DNA from: a bacterium
GTDB lineage: Bacteria; Patescibacteriota; Patescibacteriia; Patescibacteriales; GWC2-42-12
DNA: 64,000 nt
Direction of reading: 5' to 3'
NCBI GenBank assembly: GCA_030650415.1
Contig: JAUSEG010000011.1
Span: 1,687-65,686 of the forward strand
The notes under the pieces are model-generated. The model was not told where the DNA came from. It ran no database searches and saw nothing but the letters and a program-made list of their open reading frames with translations. Of the stretch, positions 46,759 to 56,404 are shown in pieces (positions within the stretch are counted from its first letter, which is position 1; the number at the start of each line of letters is the position of its first letter). The position numbers and the translations under genes were made by a program.

Positions 46759-47436
46759 TTAATCCTTTAATTGCCTAACGATTTCAAACGCCTCGGCGTT
46801 TTTATAACCAACCTCTAAGCCCCGATACTGCGCCAAAATTCTTATGCCTTCTTTTGAACGAGGATGCGGATAAGCTTTCAATTCTTCTCGGTAAACTTCC
46901 ATGGCCTTCATTTTTTGATTAATAAAATTATCGATGTCATTATAATAAGTCGGGCAGAACAAACTCTTTTTCTTTTTCGCCTGCCATTCGGTTGACGACA
47001 GAACCTCAAAGGCCAAAATATTTTTAACAAAAAACTTCGGCTGCGGCCGGCAGGCGGTCATTACCGCCTGAAAAGTCAGGCGATGGTCAATATTTAAATC
47101 ATCGCCAAAATGCGTGTAGACTAAAGACGGTTTTATCGCATAAACTATTTTTTCCACCTTTTTCACGATTTCCAAAAGCGGTACGGAATCAAATTTATTA
47201 TCAGGCAAGGTCTCTAAAAAAACTTTTCCGGCTCCCAGTATTTTAGCGGCCAGCTTGGCTTGATTGGCTCTCTTTTTAATATCGGCGGCATTGGCGCCCC
47301 TGGAAGTAACACCGTCGCCTAAGAGCAAAATGCTTACTCTATCACCGGCCTTGGCGTGTTTTAAAATTGTGCCGCCGGCGCCGATGACTTCATCGTCCGG
47401 ATGAGCGGCAATCACTAAAATTTTATTTCTACTCAT
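46759..47436 (-). CDS. PIG-L/LmbE-family N-acetylsugar deacetylase.
   Basis: IAAHPDDEVIGAGGTI zinc-binding motif. Confidence 0.75.
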   Translation of the reverse strand: MSRNKILVIAAHPDDEVIGAGGTILKHAKAGDRVSILLLGDGVTSRGANAADIKKRANQAKLAAKILGAGKVFLETLPDNKFDSVPLLEIVKKVEKIVYAIKPSLVYTHFGDDLNIDHRLTFQAVMTACRPQPKFFVKNILAFEVLSSTEWQAKKKKSLFCPTYYNDIDNFINQKMKAMEVYREELKAYPHPRSKEGIRILAQYRGLEVGYKNAEAFEIVRQLKD

Positions 47437-48157
47437 ATAATTTCTGATTAGTTAATAAATCTTGTTTTGTGATATTGCCTGACATTAAAACTTCTAAACT
47501 CCTATCGCCTTCATTAAATAATAAATCAATAATGCTCATACAGGGCGAAAAACCTTTCCCTAACTGCTTATACTTCGGGTGATTGTAATCTTGAAAATAT
47601 ATTTTGACGCCGGCCGCAACGAATTTTTCCTTTTCGGCATAATCTTTGCCTAAAGCGCCAAAAATATAAATATCGGCTTTTAGCTTTTTGCACATATCTA
47701 ATACCAACTCCGATTTATAGCCTTGAAATTTTAACTCCGAGGCCTTAGAATAATCAACTTTGATCCCCAACTGCTCTAAAAACCACTTCAGCATATATTC
47801 ATTAAGCTCGGATAAAAACTGCCAATCTCTTTTGTAAGTCTGCTCTAAAAATTCCGCGTATTTATCAAAATAAGGGGCTTTTTTATAATTTAAATAAATG
47901 GATTTCCAATGTTTTTTCCGCCAGTCCAGGCCGTTATTAATTTCTATCTCCCCAATTTTTTTTTCACGATAACCGTTAGTTAAAACCGGCACGGTTAACC
48001 AAATGTCGCCGTTAGCGGTTTTTATTTTATTTCGACTATTAAAATCCTTAACTTGATATTGCACATCGTCAAAATAGCAATAAGCGTCACTGCAGGCGAT
48101 CTTATGGAAAAGGCCCAACCAAGGCAGGTAAACTGGTTGATGAGCGGTTAGAATCAT
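47429..48157 (-). CDS. WbqC-family protein (polysaccharide/O-antigen locus protein).
   Basis: LTAHQPVYLPWLGLFHKIACSDAYCYFDDVQY matches the WbqC-like family N-terminus. Confidence 0.6.
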   Translation of the reverse strand: MILTAHQPVYLPWLGLFHKIACSDAYCYFDDVQYQVKDFNSRNKIKTANGDIWLTVPVLTNGYREKKIGEIEINNGLDWRKKHWKSIYLNYKKAPYFDKYAEFLEQTYKRDWQFLSELNEYMLKWFLEQLGIKVDYSKASELKFQGYKSELVLDMCKKLKADIYIFGALGKDYAEKEKFVAAGVKIYFQDYNHPKYKQLGKGFSPCMSIIDLLFNEGDRSLEVLMSGNITKQDLLTNQKLYE

Positions 48158-48186
48158 ATAATCGGACCTAACTGGCTGAGTTAAAT

Positions 48187-49524
48187 TTAATTATTATTTT
48201 TATTTTTTTCTAATTGTTTGACAATAAGTTTTTCAACTTCTTCACTGGGAAAATCGTCAATATCGCGTTCGCGCCACTTTTTTTGCGCTAACATAATATA
48301 AGGCTCAATCAGTTGCCAATCTTCTCCGGGAAAATTTTTCCGAGAATTATCCTGACGAAAACAAAGTCCGGTTATCCAGTAAAGCGGAGAGATCATCAAT
48401 TTTAGATTACCCCAGCCTTCCATGGTTGTTGGTGGAACGAATTTTGGATAACCGTCTACTCCGTTGACTGCGTCTTGGTACATTGGCGTCCCCGGATAAG
48501 GCGCGTAATTAAAAATAGAAACCCGGGCGTTCGGATCGTTCTCTATCAACCAATCTATCATATCTAAAGTATCATTAAGTTGAGCCTTGGTTTCTCTGGG
48601 CATATGCGCCATAAAACTATACATCACCGATATCCCCGATCCTCGAAAAAGCTTAGCCGCATTTTTTATTGTCGCTACGCCTTCGCCCTTTCTGATAATA
48701 TTTCTTAGAAAAAAATCATTGCCTGACTCACAGCCGATTTCTAAAGAATAACAATTCGATTTAGCCAAAGCTTCGACCATTTCTGGGGTAATATAATTAG
48801 CGCGAATATTGCCATCCCATTTCACCTTAATATCTCTCATAATTTCCCCAATCTGGTTAATTCTCTCAACGCGATCTATTGCCACCATTTTGCCGCCGAC
48901 CCTATAAACACCGCAAGCAATATTAGGGTCAGAGAAGGACATCTCCTTAAAACCAATATCTTTATGGATAATCTTTAATTCTCGGTCTACATCATTAATA
49001 TCTTTGGGCTCCCAGGGAGAACTCAAAGTGCAAAACGAACAACCGAAAGGACAGCCGCGAGAAGTAAAATATTGCATATCGGTCCGCTGAAAATGAATTT
49101 TAGTATGCTCATTGTAGGGGAATAAGTCTTCTCCGTAAACTCTCTCGGTCCAAATTTTATCTACAAAAGGTTCGGCCAAAACTTGCTCCGGCAGAATACG
49201 GGCGTGGTGGCCGCCAAGACCGGCGGTAATGCCGGGTTTAATTTTTTTCGCCAGCTTTAAAATCCTGGCTGCGCGGCCGGTTTGATAACCAGTAAAAGCA
49301 CTGACGCCGATTTCTTTCGAACGTTTTATTAAATCCATGAGCATCTCGTCAGAATCAAACCGCTCGTCAAAATATTCAACTCTAAGCCCCTGCTTTTCAA
49401 ACATCGCTCCGGGAAATAAAATTGATAAAGGCAAATACTTAGTCGGAGAATCTTGAGTTGGCTTGGGATAAGCCAATAAAATGTCGATTAATTTCATAAT
49501 TTTATAATTAATTTTTTCTCGCAA
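48187..49524 (-). CDS. Radical SAM enzyme with a B12-binding N-terminal domain (class B).
   Basis: The radical-SAM cluster motif CPFGCSFC and an upstream Rossmann-like B12-binding region. Confidence 0.7.
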   Translation of the reverse strand: MREKINYKIMKLIDILLAYPKPTQDSPTKYLPLSILFPGAMFEKQGLRVEYFDERFDSDEMLMDLIKRSKEIGVSAFTGYQTGRAARILKLAKKIKPGITAGLGGHHARILPEQVLAEPFVDKIWTERVYGEDLFPYNEHTKIHFQRTDMQYFTSRGCPFGCSFCTLSSPWEPKDINDVDRELKIIHKDIGFKEMSFSDPNIACGVYRVGGKMVAIDRVERINQIGEIMRDIKVKWDGNIRANYITPEMVEALAKSNCYSLEIGCESGNDFFLRNIIRKGEGVATIKNAAKLFRGSGISVMYSFMAHMPRETKAQLNDTLDMIDWLIENDPNARVSIFNYAPYPGTPMYQDAVNGVDGYPKFVPPTTMEGWGNLKLMISPLYWITGLCFRQDNSRKNFPGEDWQLIEPYIMLAQKKWRERDIDDFPSEEVEKLIVKQLEKNKNNN

Positions 49525-50197
49525 TTATTATATATTCATCAAATTGCGCCGTTTTGTTCTTTTTGTCATAAACTTCATATAGTGAATGGCGCATAATATT
49601 TTCAATTTTAAATTTAAAAAATAATTTAATGATCTCTTTTTTGGTAAAAAAATGCGCTATGCCGGAATTATAAAAACTACTGCCCGGCTTAAAATCTTCA
49701 TAAGTCTCAGACCCAATTTTTTCCCCCATTTTTATATCGGGATGAAATTCATTAAATACAAAACTGACGAATAGCCCGCCGGTTTTTAATTTTTTATAAA
49801 CTTGGTTTAAGACTAGTCTTATATCCTCCGAATTATTAGCGTACAAACTCTCCCGGTCCAAGCAAGCGTCAAAATAATCATCGGGGTAAGGCAAGGCGGT
49901 AAAATCGCCTTGGCGGAAATCCGCTTTTAGCCCCAACTTTTTAAATTTTTTCCGGCAATGTTCAACCGCCGACAAAGCGCCGTCCAGGCCATAGGCGCTA
50001 AACCCTTGTTCGGCAAAAAATTTTGAGTGATTGCCCGCGCCACTGCCCAAATCCAATATTTTAATTTTTCGCCTTTTAGCTGGTTTAAAGCGATAAAAAT
50101 TCTTGGCGAAAATACTGACTACCAAATCATAAGGATATTCGTTAAGCTGCCGACGGCGACTATAAATATTTTTTTCCCATTTTTCATCAAAAGCCAT
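49508..50197 (-). CDS. Class I SAM-dependent methyltransferase.
   Basis: ILDLGSGAGNHSKFF motif I; an acidic post-II motif. Confidence 0.7.
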   Translation of the reverse strand: MAFDEKWEKNIYSRRRQLNEYPYDLVVSIFAKNFYRFKPAKRRKIKILDLGSGAGNHSKFFAEQGFSAYGLDGALSAVEHCRKKFKKLGLKADFRQGDFTALPYPDDYFDACLDRESLYANNSEDIRLVLNQVYKKLKTGGLFVSFVFNEFHPDIKMGEKIGSETYEDFKPGSSFYNSGIAHFFTKKEIIKLFFKFKIENIMRHSLYEVYDKKNKTAQFDEYIIIARKN

Positions 50198-50205
50198 ATC
50201 TATAA

Positions 50206-50637
50206 TTACTTTATATTTTTAAAATAACTATCTTTTATTACGAAGGGGTTGCCAATCACCAAGGAATATGGAGGAATCTGGCATGGTTTGGCAATAATTG
50301 TCCCGGCGGCTACCACGCTGTGATGGCCGATATGAACACCGCCGCCGATAAAAGAATGGGAACCGACGAAAACATTATTTTCTAAGGTTATATTCTGCCT
50401 TATGATCCCAGAAGCCTTCTCAATCGCTTTGTTGTGTGAATCCGCCACATTAATGCTCACAAAAGATGCAATATCACAGTTATCGCCGATTTTTAATATG
50501 GCACCTTTCGCGTTTATTTCTGAAAGCAAGCCAACATTAATATTTTTCCCGAATTCAGGCTCGCCACCCACATAAACCAAAGGGTGAAATTTATTTATCG
50601 GCATTTTAATTAGTTTGGCAATAATTTTTTTTAGCAT
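50206..50637 (-). CDS. Hexapeptide-repeat (left-handed beta-helix) acetyltransferase.
   Basis: [LIV]G-x4 hexapeptide periodicity (IGDNCDI, VGSHSFIGGGVHIGHHSVV). Confidence 0.65.
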   Translation of the reverse strand: MLKKIIAKLIKMPINKFHPLVYVGGEPEFGKNINVGLLSEINAKGAILKIGDNCDIASFVSINVADSHNKAIEKASGIIRQNITLENNVFVGSHSFIGGGVHIGHHSVVAAGTIIAKPCQIPPYSLVIGNPFVIKDSYFKNIK

Positions 50638-50641
50638 AAAA

Positions 50642-51700
50642 TTATAAATCTAATTTAGTAAAAATATAACCCTGGTTATAATTTTTTTTAGCAATTTTAC
50701 CGGCTATTCTTGGTAAATATTCCGGCGGTAAACCTGTACCCGGCCTTTTAATCTCTAAATCTTTCGCGGTTATCTTTTGGCCTTTTTTAATCGCTAGCGC
50801 CGCGATGACACTGCGCCGAGCGATATCTCTGATTTTTTTTTCTTCCTTTGATAAAACTATTTGGGAGTTGCCAAGTATTTTCTCGGCCTGGCGTACTTGA
50901 TGAACTAATACGGACAATTCTTTCGGATCAGCGGCAAACCAATGATCTGGTCCGGCAAAATTATGATTAAGAGTAAAATGTTTTTCAATTAAAACCGCGC
51001 CCATAGCCGTGGCAACGACCGCTGCACTTAGCCCTTCTGTGTGATCGGAAAAACCGACAAGACAATCGCTAAAAACTTTTTGCAGTGTCTTAATCTGGTT
51101 TAAATTCGCCTCCTGAGGCGACGTAGGATAAAGCGAAGTACATTTTAGTATAATTATTTTATTGTTTCCAGCTTTTTTTATTACCCGAACCGCGCTCCTT
51201 ACTTCGCTTAGAGACGCCATGCCGGTAGAAATTATCATTGGCTTTCGCATTTTGGCATAATATTCGAGCATCGGCAGATTGGTCAAATCATCAGAGCCGA
51301 CTTTTATAGCCGGCATATTAATCTCGCGGCTGCAAAGATAATCAACTGTTTTAAAACTGTTGTCCTGGGGGGAGGAAAAAAGTATAACATCGTTTTTCTT
51401 TGCATAATCAAAAAGTAACTTTTGCTCTTTCTGATTTAGCTCACATCGCTTAAACATTTTATATTGCACCTCGGTTTCCTTTTGACCGCGGCTTTTATAA
51501 GTATAGGTTGAAATTTTATCGCCGACAAAATCTTCGGTAATAAAAGATTGCATTTTTACCGCGTCAGCGCCAGCCCTTTTAGCCGCTAAAATCATTTTTT
51601 TAGCCAGATTGATACTGCCGTTATGATTAAGGCCAAGCTCGGCCACTATAAAAACTGGTTGGTTTTTGCCTATTATTTTATTGACAATTTTTATTTCCAT
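50642..51700 (-). CDS. Nonulosonic acid synthase (NeuB/PseI/LegI family) with a C-terminal SAF domain.
   Basis: The N-terminus FIVAELGLNHNGSINLAKKMILAAKRAGADAVKMQ is the NeuB signature. Confidence 0.8.
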   Translation of the reverse strand: MEIKIVNKIIGKNQPVFIVAELGLNHNGSINLAKKMILAAKRAGADAVKMQSFITEDFVGDKISTYTYKSRGQKETEVQYKMFKRCELNQKEQKLLFDYAKKNDVILFSSPQDNSFKTVDYLCSREINMPAIKVGSDDLTNLPMLEYYAKMRKPMIISTGMASLSEVRSAVRVIKKAGNNKIIILKCTSLYPTSPQEANLNQIKTLQKVFSDCLVGFSDHTEGLSAAVVATAMGAVLIEKHFTLNHNFAGPDHWFAADPKELSVLVHQVRQAEKILGNSQIVLSKEEKKIRDIARRSVIAALAIKKGQKITAKDLEIKRPGTGLPPEYLPRIAGKIAKKNYNQGYIFTKLDL

Positions 51701-52308
51701 ATATATTTCCCTTGCTTTATTTGCTTAACGCCAGTTTCTTCTAGTTTAATCCGCTCACTCATAGCACGACTCCAATAGGCCAGGTCAATAATTTTCTTCC
51801 ATTTTTTTTCGCCATATTTTAAGACAACCGCTTCAGCCGAGATTAATTTAATTTTCGCCACCCTTTCCAAGCTCTTAACATCTGGGGCCAGCGCCAGCAT
51901 AGCTTTAATTCTTTTAAAATGGTACCGATTCGATATAATAGCGGCCTGCCTTATTTTATTTTTCTTAATTATGCTTTTTAAGGCTTTAAGCTGCCCATAA
52001 GTATTTCCAGATTTGGTCTCTATGCTAATTCCTCGAGCCGGAACAGCTAAATTTATTAATTCGCTCTTTATTACTTTGGCCACGGCCGGTGATCCAGAAA
52101 TATTTTTTAATTGGCCACGGCCGCCCAGCACTATAAAAAACGAATTCTTATTTTCCCGATATAGATAGGCGGCGGCTATCACCCTTAATCTATCGCCGCT
52201 AACTCCAAAATTATCACCCTCATCATAATTAGTAGTCCGCCAAATACCAGCATCATTTATTAAAGCGCCTCCCAGAATAAAAATCACTTGTTTAACGACT
52301 TTTTCCAT
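51691..52308 (-). CDS. DUF218/YdcF (ElyC/SanA-like) family protein.
   Basis: The IVLGG... pattern and NTYGQL motif are characteristic of DUF218. Confidence 0.45.
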   Translation of the reverse strand: MEKVVKQVIFILGGALINDAGIWRTTNYDEGDNFGVSGDRLRVIAAAYLYRENKNSFFIVLGGRGQLKNISGSPAVAKVIKSELINLAVPARGISIETKSGNTYGQLKALKSIIKKNKIRQAAIISNRYHFKRIKAMLALAPDVKSLERVAKIKLISAEAVVLKYGEKKWKKIIDLAYWSRAMSERIKLEETGVKQIKQGKYIWK

Positions 52309-52311
52309 AAA

Positions 52312-53637
52312 TTATGTCAATCTGATAAATTTAGTATGAGCCACGGGTCCTTGCAGCAATTCCTTAACTTTATTTTTTAGAACCGCTTGTCTAATTACGG
52401 CAAAAACTTCCTGTACCGCATGTAAATATTTTTTAGCTTGCTCTTCTTTTAAGGCGTAACTTATATCTATACTACCGTTGGCTAAAAAACCGCGTTTCAA
52501 CATTTCCTGAGTAAATAAGGTCATAACCGCCTGGCTATTTGAACCGTAATCAAAGGCCAAACCAATTAATTGAGGAAAGCCGCCAATCTCCAGTTTCACG
52601 CCTAATTTTTCCGCTTGTTGCCGCAGACCGTTTTTTATAATCAGACCAATTTTTTCTAAATGGCTTGGTACTTTTTTGTCTAACATTTTCCTAATGGTCG
52701 CTAAAGCGGCGGTCGGGCCAATGCGTTCGCTCCAACTAGAGCTCGAAATAAATGAATCCTGTGCGGCTTGCATAACCTTAGCTTTACCAATAATCGCGGC
52801 CATTGGAAAACCATTGCTCATACCCTTAGCGAAAACCGCTATGTCTGGATTAACTCTGTATTTAAGATGAGCGCCGCCAACATTTAACCTCCAGCCGATG
52901 GTTACTTCATCAAAAATTAAAACCGCCCCGACGCGGTCAGCAATTTTTCTAACTTTTTCTAAAAAGCCATTTTTCGGCTCATGATCTCTCATCGGCTCCA
53001 TGGCAATAACGCCGATATCGTCATTTTCAGCCACGATTTTTTCTAGTTCCTCGATCTTATTATAATTAAACGGTATGACCGTGCCGGCTAAAGCGCGCGG
53101 CGCGCCCTTAGGCGCTAAACCGGGTAATAAATGACCGTCTAAATTTTTGTCATTGGCTAAATTAGCGGCTAAATACCAATCATGCCAGCCATGATAGCCG
53201 CAAAAAGCGATTCTGTCTTTGCCGCTGTAAGCTCGCCCAATTCTAACCGCCACGGCCATGGCTTCGCCGCCGCCCCTGGCGTATCTTACCATCTTCGCCC
53301 AAGGATGCAGGCGGCAGAGCAATTCGGCCAGTTCCACTTCTTCGGGCGGGTTCAAAGTTGAGATATTACTTTGATCAATGGCTTTTTTTACCGCTCGGTT
53401 GACGTCTTCATCCGCGTAACCTAATATGCTGGCGCCGATACTGGCGCAGGTATCAATATATCTATTGCCGTCTAGATCCCAAACCATAACGCCTTTAGCT
53501 TTTTTAAAATATGACGGCCACTGTTCGGGCAAGAAAAGTTCGGCACGCTTGGACAATAATTGCGAACCGCCCGGAATTATTTTTTTCGCCCGGCGCCAAA
53601 GCGCCTGGCCTTTTTTAAGATTTTTTAGATTTTTCAT
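52312..53637 (-). CDS. Class III PLP-dependent aminotransferase (glutamate-1-semialdehyde aminomutase-like).
   Basis: LIFDEVTIGWR and the PLP-lysine region AVFAKGMSNG. Confidence 0.75.
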   Translation of the reverse strand: MKNLKNLKKGQALWRRAKKIIPGGSQLLSKRAELFLPEQWPSYFKKAKGVMVWDLDGNRYIDTCASIGASILGYADEDVNRAVKKAIDQSNISTLNPPEEVELAELLCRLHPWAKMVRYARGGGEAMAVAVRIGRAYSGKDRIAFCGYHGWHDWYLAANLANDKNLDGHLLPGLAPKGAPRALAGTVIPFNYNKIEELEKIVAENDDIGVIAMEPMRDHEPKNGFLEKVRKIADRVGAVLIFDEVTIGWRLNVGGAHLKYRVNPDIAVFAKGMSNGFPMAAIIGKAKVMQAAQDSFISSSSWSERIGPTAALATIRKMLDKKVPSHLEKIGLIIKNGLRQQAEKLGVKLEIGGFPQLIGLAFDYGSNSQAVMTLFTQEMLKRGFLANGSIDISYALKEEQAKKYLHAVQEVFAVIRQAVLKNKVKELLQGPVAHTKFIRLT

Positions 53638-54418
53638 GTTTTCGTTTATTTTTTAAATATATTTTATCTTTTTTTAAAATCTTAAAGATACCCTGGTTTC
53701 TTTTAATTTTCATATTTTTAAGCATAGCTTCCGGATGTTTGGTTAAAAGCGAAATATAGTTTAAATAGCTATCGGTAATTTTACTGTTCTCTATGACGAA
53801 TTTTACCACCTCAAAATCTTCCGGCTCGTCCACGGTTAAACGGAAATGCGACCAGTCATAAGGAGCGGCGTAATTGCCTTTTTTATATTTTTTATAGCGA
53901 AACATGTATTCATTTACTTCTTCGCGGTCGGAAGGCAGTTCAGCTTTTTTAGCCGTCTCATGTAAAATGCGCTTTTTAAAAATTTCCGTATCCATGCCGT
54001 CGGGAAAAGTTTCGTGGCCGGGCAAAGCGTTAGAAGCGTAGTCATAATCGCTATTTTCAAAAAAAGATATTGTCTGGTCAATCACCGCCGGGTCAATCAG
54101 CGGGCAATCTGCCGTAACCCGCAAAACATTGCCATACTTAGGATGTTTAAGCGAGCATTGATAAAAACGATCCAGAACGTCATCTTCGGAGCCGCGGTAG
54201 CATTCCATGCCGATTTTTTTACATAATTTTTCTATGCCGTCATTTTCCTTATTTTTGGAGGTCGCTACCATTATTTTACCAATTTTTTTTGCCTGTTTGA
54301 CGCGCTTTATCTGGTATTCAAGCAAAGGCGTTCCGTTGACTTTCATAAGAACTTTGCCGGGCAGTCTGGTGGACCCCATACGGGCCTGGATGATGCATAA
54401 ATTTTTTATTTTTTCCAT
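53615..54418 (-). CDS. Nonulosonic acid cytidylyltransferase (CMP-NeuAc synthetase/PseF/SpsF family).
   Basis: The N-terminus CIIQARMGSTRLPGKVL. Confidence 0.75.
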   Translation of the reverse strand: MEKIKNLCIIQARMGSTRLPGKVLMKVNGTPLLEYQIKRVKQAKKIGKIMVATSKNKENDGIEKLCKKIGMECYRGSEDDVLDRFYQCSLKHPKYGNVLRVTADCPLIDPAVIDQTISFFENSDYDYASNALPGHETFPDGMDTEIFKKRILHETAKKAELPSDREEVNEYMFRYKKYKKGNYAAPYDWSHFRLTVDEPEDFEVVKFVIENSKITDSYLNYISLLTKHPEAMLKNMKIKRNQGIFKILKKDKIYLKNKRKHEKSKKS

Positions 54419-55314
54419 AGACTTGGGAATATAATATCTTTTTCAATATTAATAAATTTATTTTTTAACTCTTCGAAACATTTCTCGCCATCAATCGGGC
54501 GTTCGGCCAAATTAATAATTTCTTTGAGCTGTTCCAGGTTGTCAACGCCGAAAACCACATAATCAATATCCTTATTTTCTAGGGAAAATAATAAAGCGGT
54601 CTGAGCTCTAGTTAGACCGTAGCGACCGATAATTTCGTCTAAACTTTTAAGATACTCCTTAACTTTTTCTAAAGACGCGGGAATTTTATCTTCACTCATA
54701 AGAAATAAACCTTGCAAAAAAACGCTACGGACAAAAACGGTTTTACCCTTTTTCTTGGCTAGCTGAAAAAAACCTGATTTATCCATTCGTTGATCAAAAA
54801 TGTTATATGGAACTTGGATATAATCAACTTCTTTAAGTTTTGCGGCGTAAATCGCGTCCGCTTCTTCATAAATAGAAACACCAAGATTTTTAATTAATCC
54901 CTGTCTTTTCAGGTCGACCAAGGCACTGACAATTTTATCTTCTCTAATATATTCTGGCGTATGCAAAAGGTAGCCGTCAACGTAATCTCTCTTTAATCTA
55001 CTCAGAGATTCTTCCAAATTACCGAAAATAATATCGCTTATCTTTCCCTTTATCTCCGAAATAATATTAGATTTTAACTTCGTAATTATTTTTATCGCGC
55101 CGCCTAAACCCCGACTTTCGGAAAATTCTCCTAAAATTTCTTCCGCATCCCCATAAGCGCGCGCCGTATCAAAAACCCGAAGGTCTTTTTTGTAAGCGAA
55201 ATCAAGCATAGCCAGAGACTTTTCCCGCGACGGTTTCCCTGTCTGGTTATTAATGCCATAGGCCAGGCCGAATTGCGCCGTACCTAGCGCTAATTTATTT
55301 AATAGGTTTTTCAT
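54406..55314 (-). CDS. Aldo/keto reductase.
   Basis: FDTARAYGDAEE and the AKR barrel pattern. Confidence 0.65.
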   Translation of the reverse strand: MKNLLNKLALGTAQFGLAYGINNQTGKPSREKSLAMLDFAYKKDLRVFDTARAYGDAEEILGEFSESRGLGGAIKIITKLKSNIISEIKGKISDIIFGNLEESLSRLKRDYVDGYLLHTPEYIREDKIVSALVDLKRQGLIKNLGVSIYEEADAIYAAKLKEVDYIQVPYNIFDQRMDKSGFFQLAKKKGKTVFVRSVFLQGLFLMSEDKIPASLEKVKEYLKSLDEIIGRYGLTRAQTALLFSLENKDIDYVVFGVDNLEQLKEIINLAERPIDGEKCFEELKNKFINIEKDIIFPSLWKK

Positions 55315-56404
55315 ACTTATTTATATAATCGGCGAATTCCTTTTTTCTAATTTCATTAATTTCACGAAAATATTTTTTATCATAAAATTTCTCTAAAGTT
55401 AAAAGCGGTACAGTCTGTCCGCCGAATCCTTTCTTAAAATGCGAAATGTTAATTTCTTTGGCCGTGGGCAAATCGTATGGCAATGGGCCGGACTGCTGGA
55501 TGCCGATATCGTAAAAATTCATGCCACGACTTTTCATCCACAGCATAGCTTCCCATTCCAAGCGATGCCTAATCGGCAAATATTCAAAGTCGGGGTCATT
55601 GGCGGCCGAAAAGCCCTCGGCCTGCTTCTTGTATATGGTATAAAATTCAAAACCGATATTTTTTTGGTTTAAACTCGCTACAACTAAAAAGCCAAGTCCT
55701 CTTTTGGCTTGGTCAAACATTAACTCAAAGGTCTTATTCGGGCGAGTTTTTCTTCCTGATGCCTTATGGTGCATTTCTTTATATTCATAAAAAATTCCTT
55801 TGGTAATATTCATGTTATCATAAAATTTAATCTCAAATTTATCGCCTTTTAGAATACTTCTTCGATGATTACGACGCAATTCATCCCATAATACTTTTTC
55901 TTCTTTCCTCAAATCTATCAATTGAGTACTTAAAGAAATATCATTAAAGCCATGACTTATCAGGCGTTTATATTGGCCGCCCTCCGCAACCTTATCAAGA
56001 AAAAGCGGCCTTAATCTTAATCTTAAGCGCTTTACCTTACTCTCGGCTGCCAAACGATCTATTTCTGTAAAAATAAGTCGATAAATTAAATCTTGTTCTG
56101 CCACCGTTAAGTTATCCGACAACGCCGGAGCCGGTATGGCCCCACCGCAGCCACTAAAGGAAAACTCAAAAAAATAATTTTCGTTCAAACCAATAACTTC
56201 TAAAATTAAGGGAATGATCGCTAAAATTTTATTTTGCCGCCCGATAAAAAAACTAAAATTTTTCGTTTTTAACTCCGGCTTATAATTTAAAATATACTCT
56301 AAAGTATCCGAGGTGTGCCAAAACCAAGCGCCATCGCTTTCTAGGCAAAATTCATCCCAATCTTTATATTCATTCTCAGTCAATTTGGTAATTTTATAAT
56401 CCAT
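55295..56404 (-). CDS. Putative FemAB-family (GNAT-fold) aminoacyl/acyl transferase. Uncertain.
   Basis: The ~370 aa length and an RNHRRSILKG (K-x-R-x-x-I-(R/K)-K-like) motif. Function is inferred from context only. Confidence 0.35.
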   Translation of the reverse strand: MDYKITKLTENEYKDWDEFCLESDGAWFWHTSDTLEYILNYKPELKTKNFSFFIGRQNKILAIIPLILEVIGLNENYFFEFSFSGCGGAIPAPALSDNLTVAEQDLIYRLIFTEIDRLAAESKVKRLRLRLRPLFLDKVAEGGQYKRLISHGFNDISLSTQLIDLRKEEKVLWDELRRNHRRSILKGDKFEIKFYDNMNITKGIFYEYKEMHHKASGRKTRPNKTFELMFDQAKRGLGFLVVASLNQKNIGFEFYTIYKKQAEGFSAANDPDFEYLPIRHRLEWEAMLWMKSRGMNFYDIGIQQSGPLPYDLPTAKEINISHFKKGFGGQTVPLLTLEKFYDKKYFREINEIRKKEFADYINKYEKPIK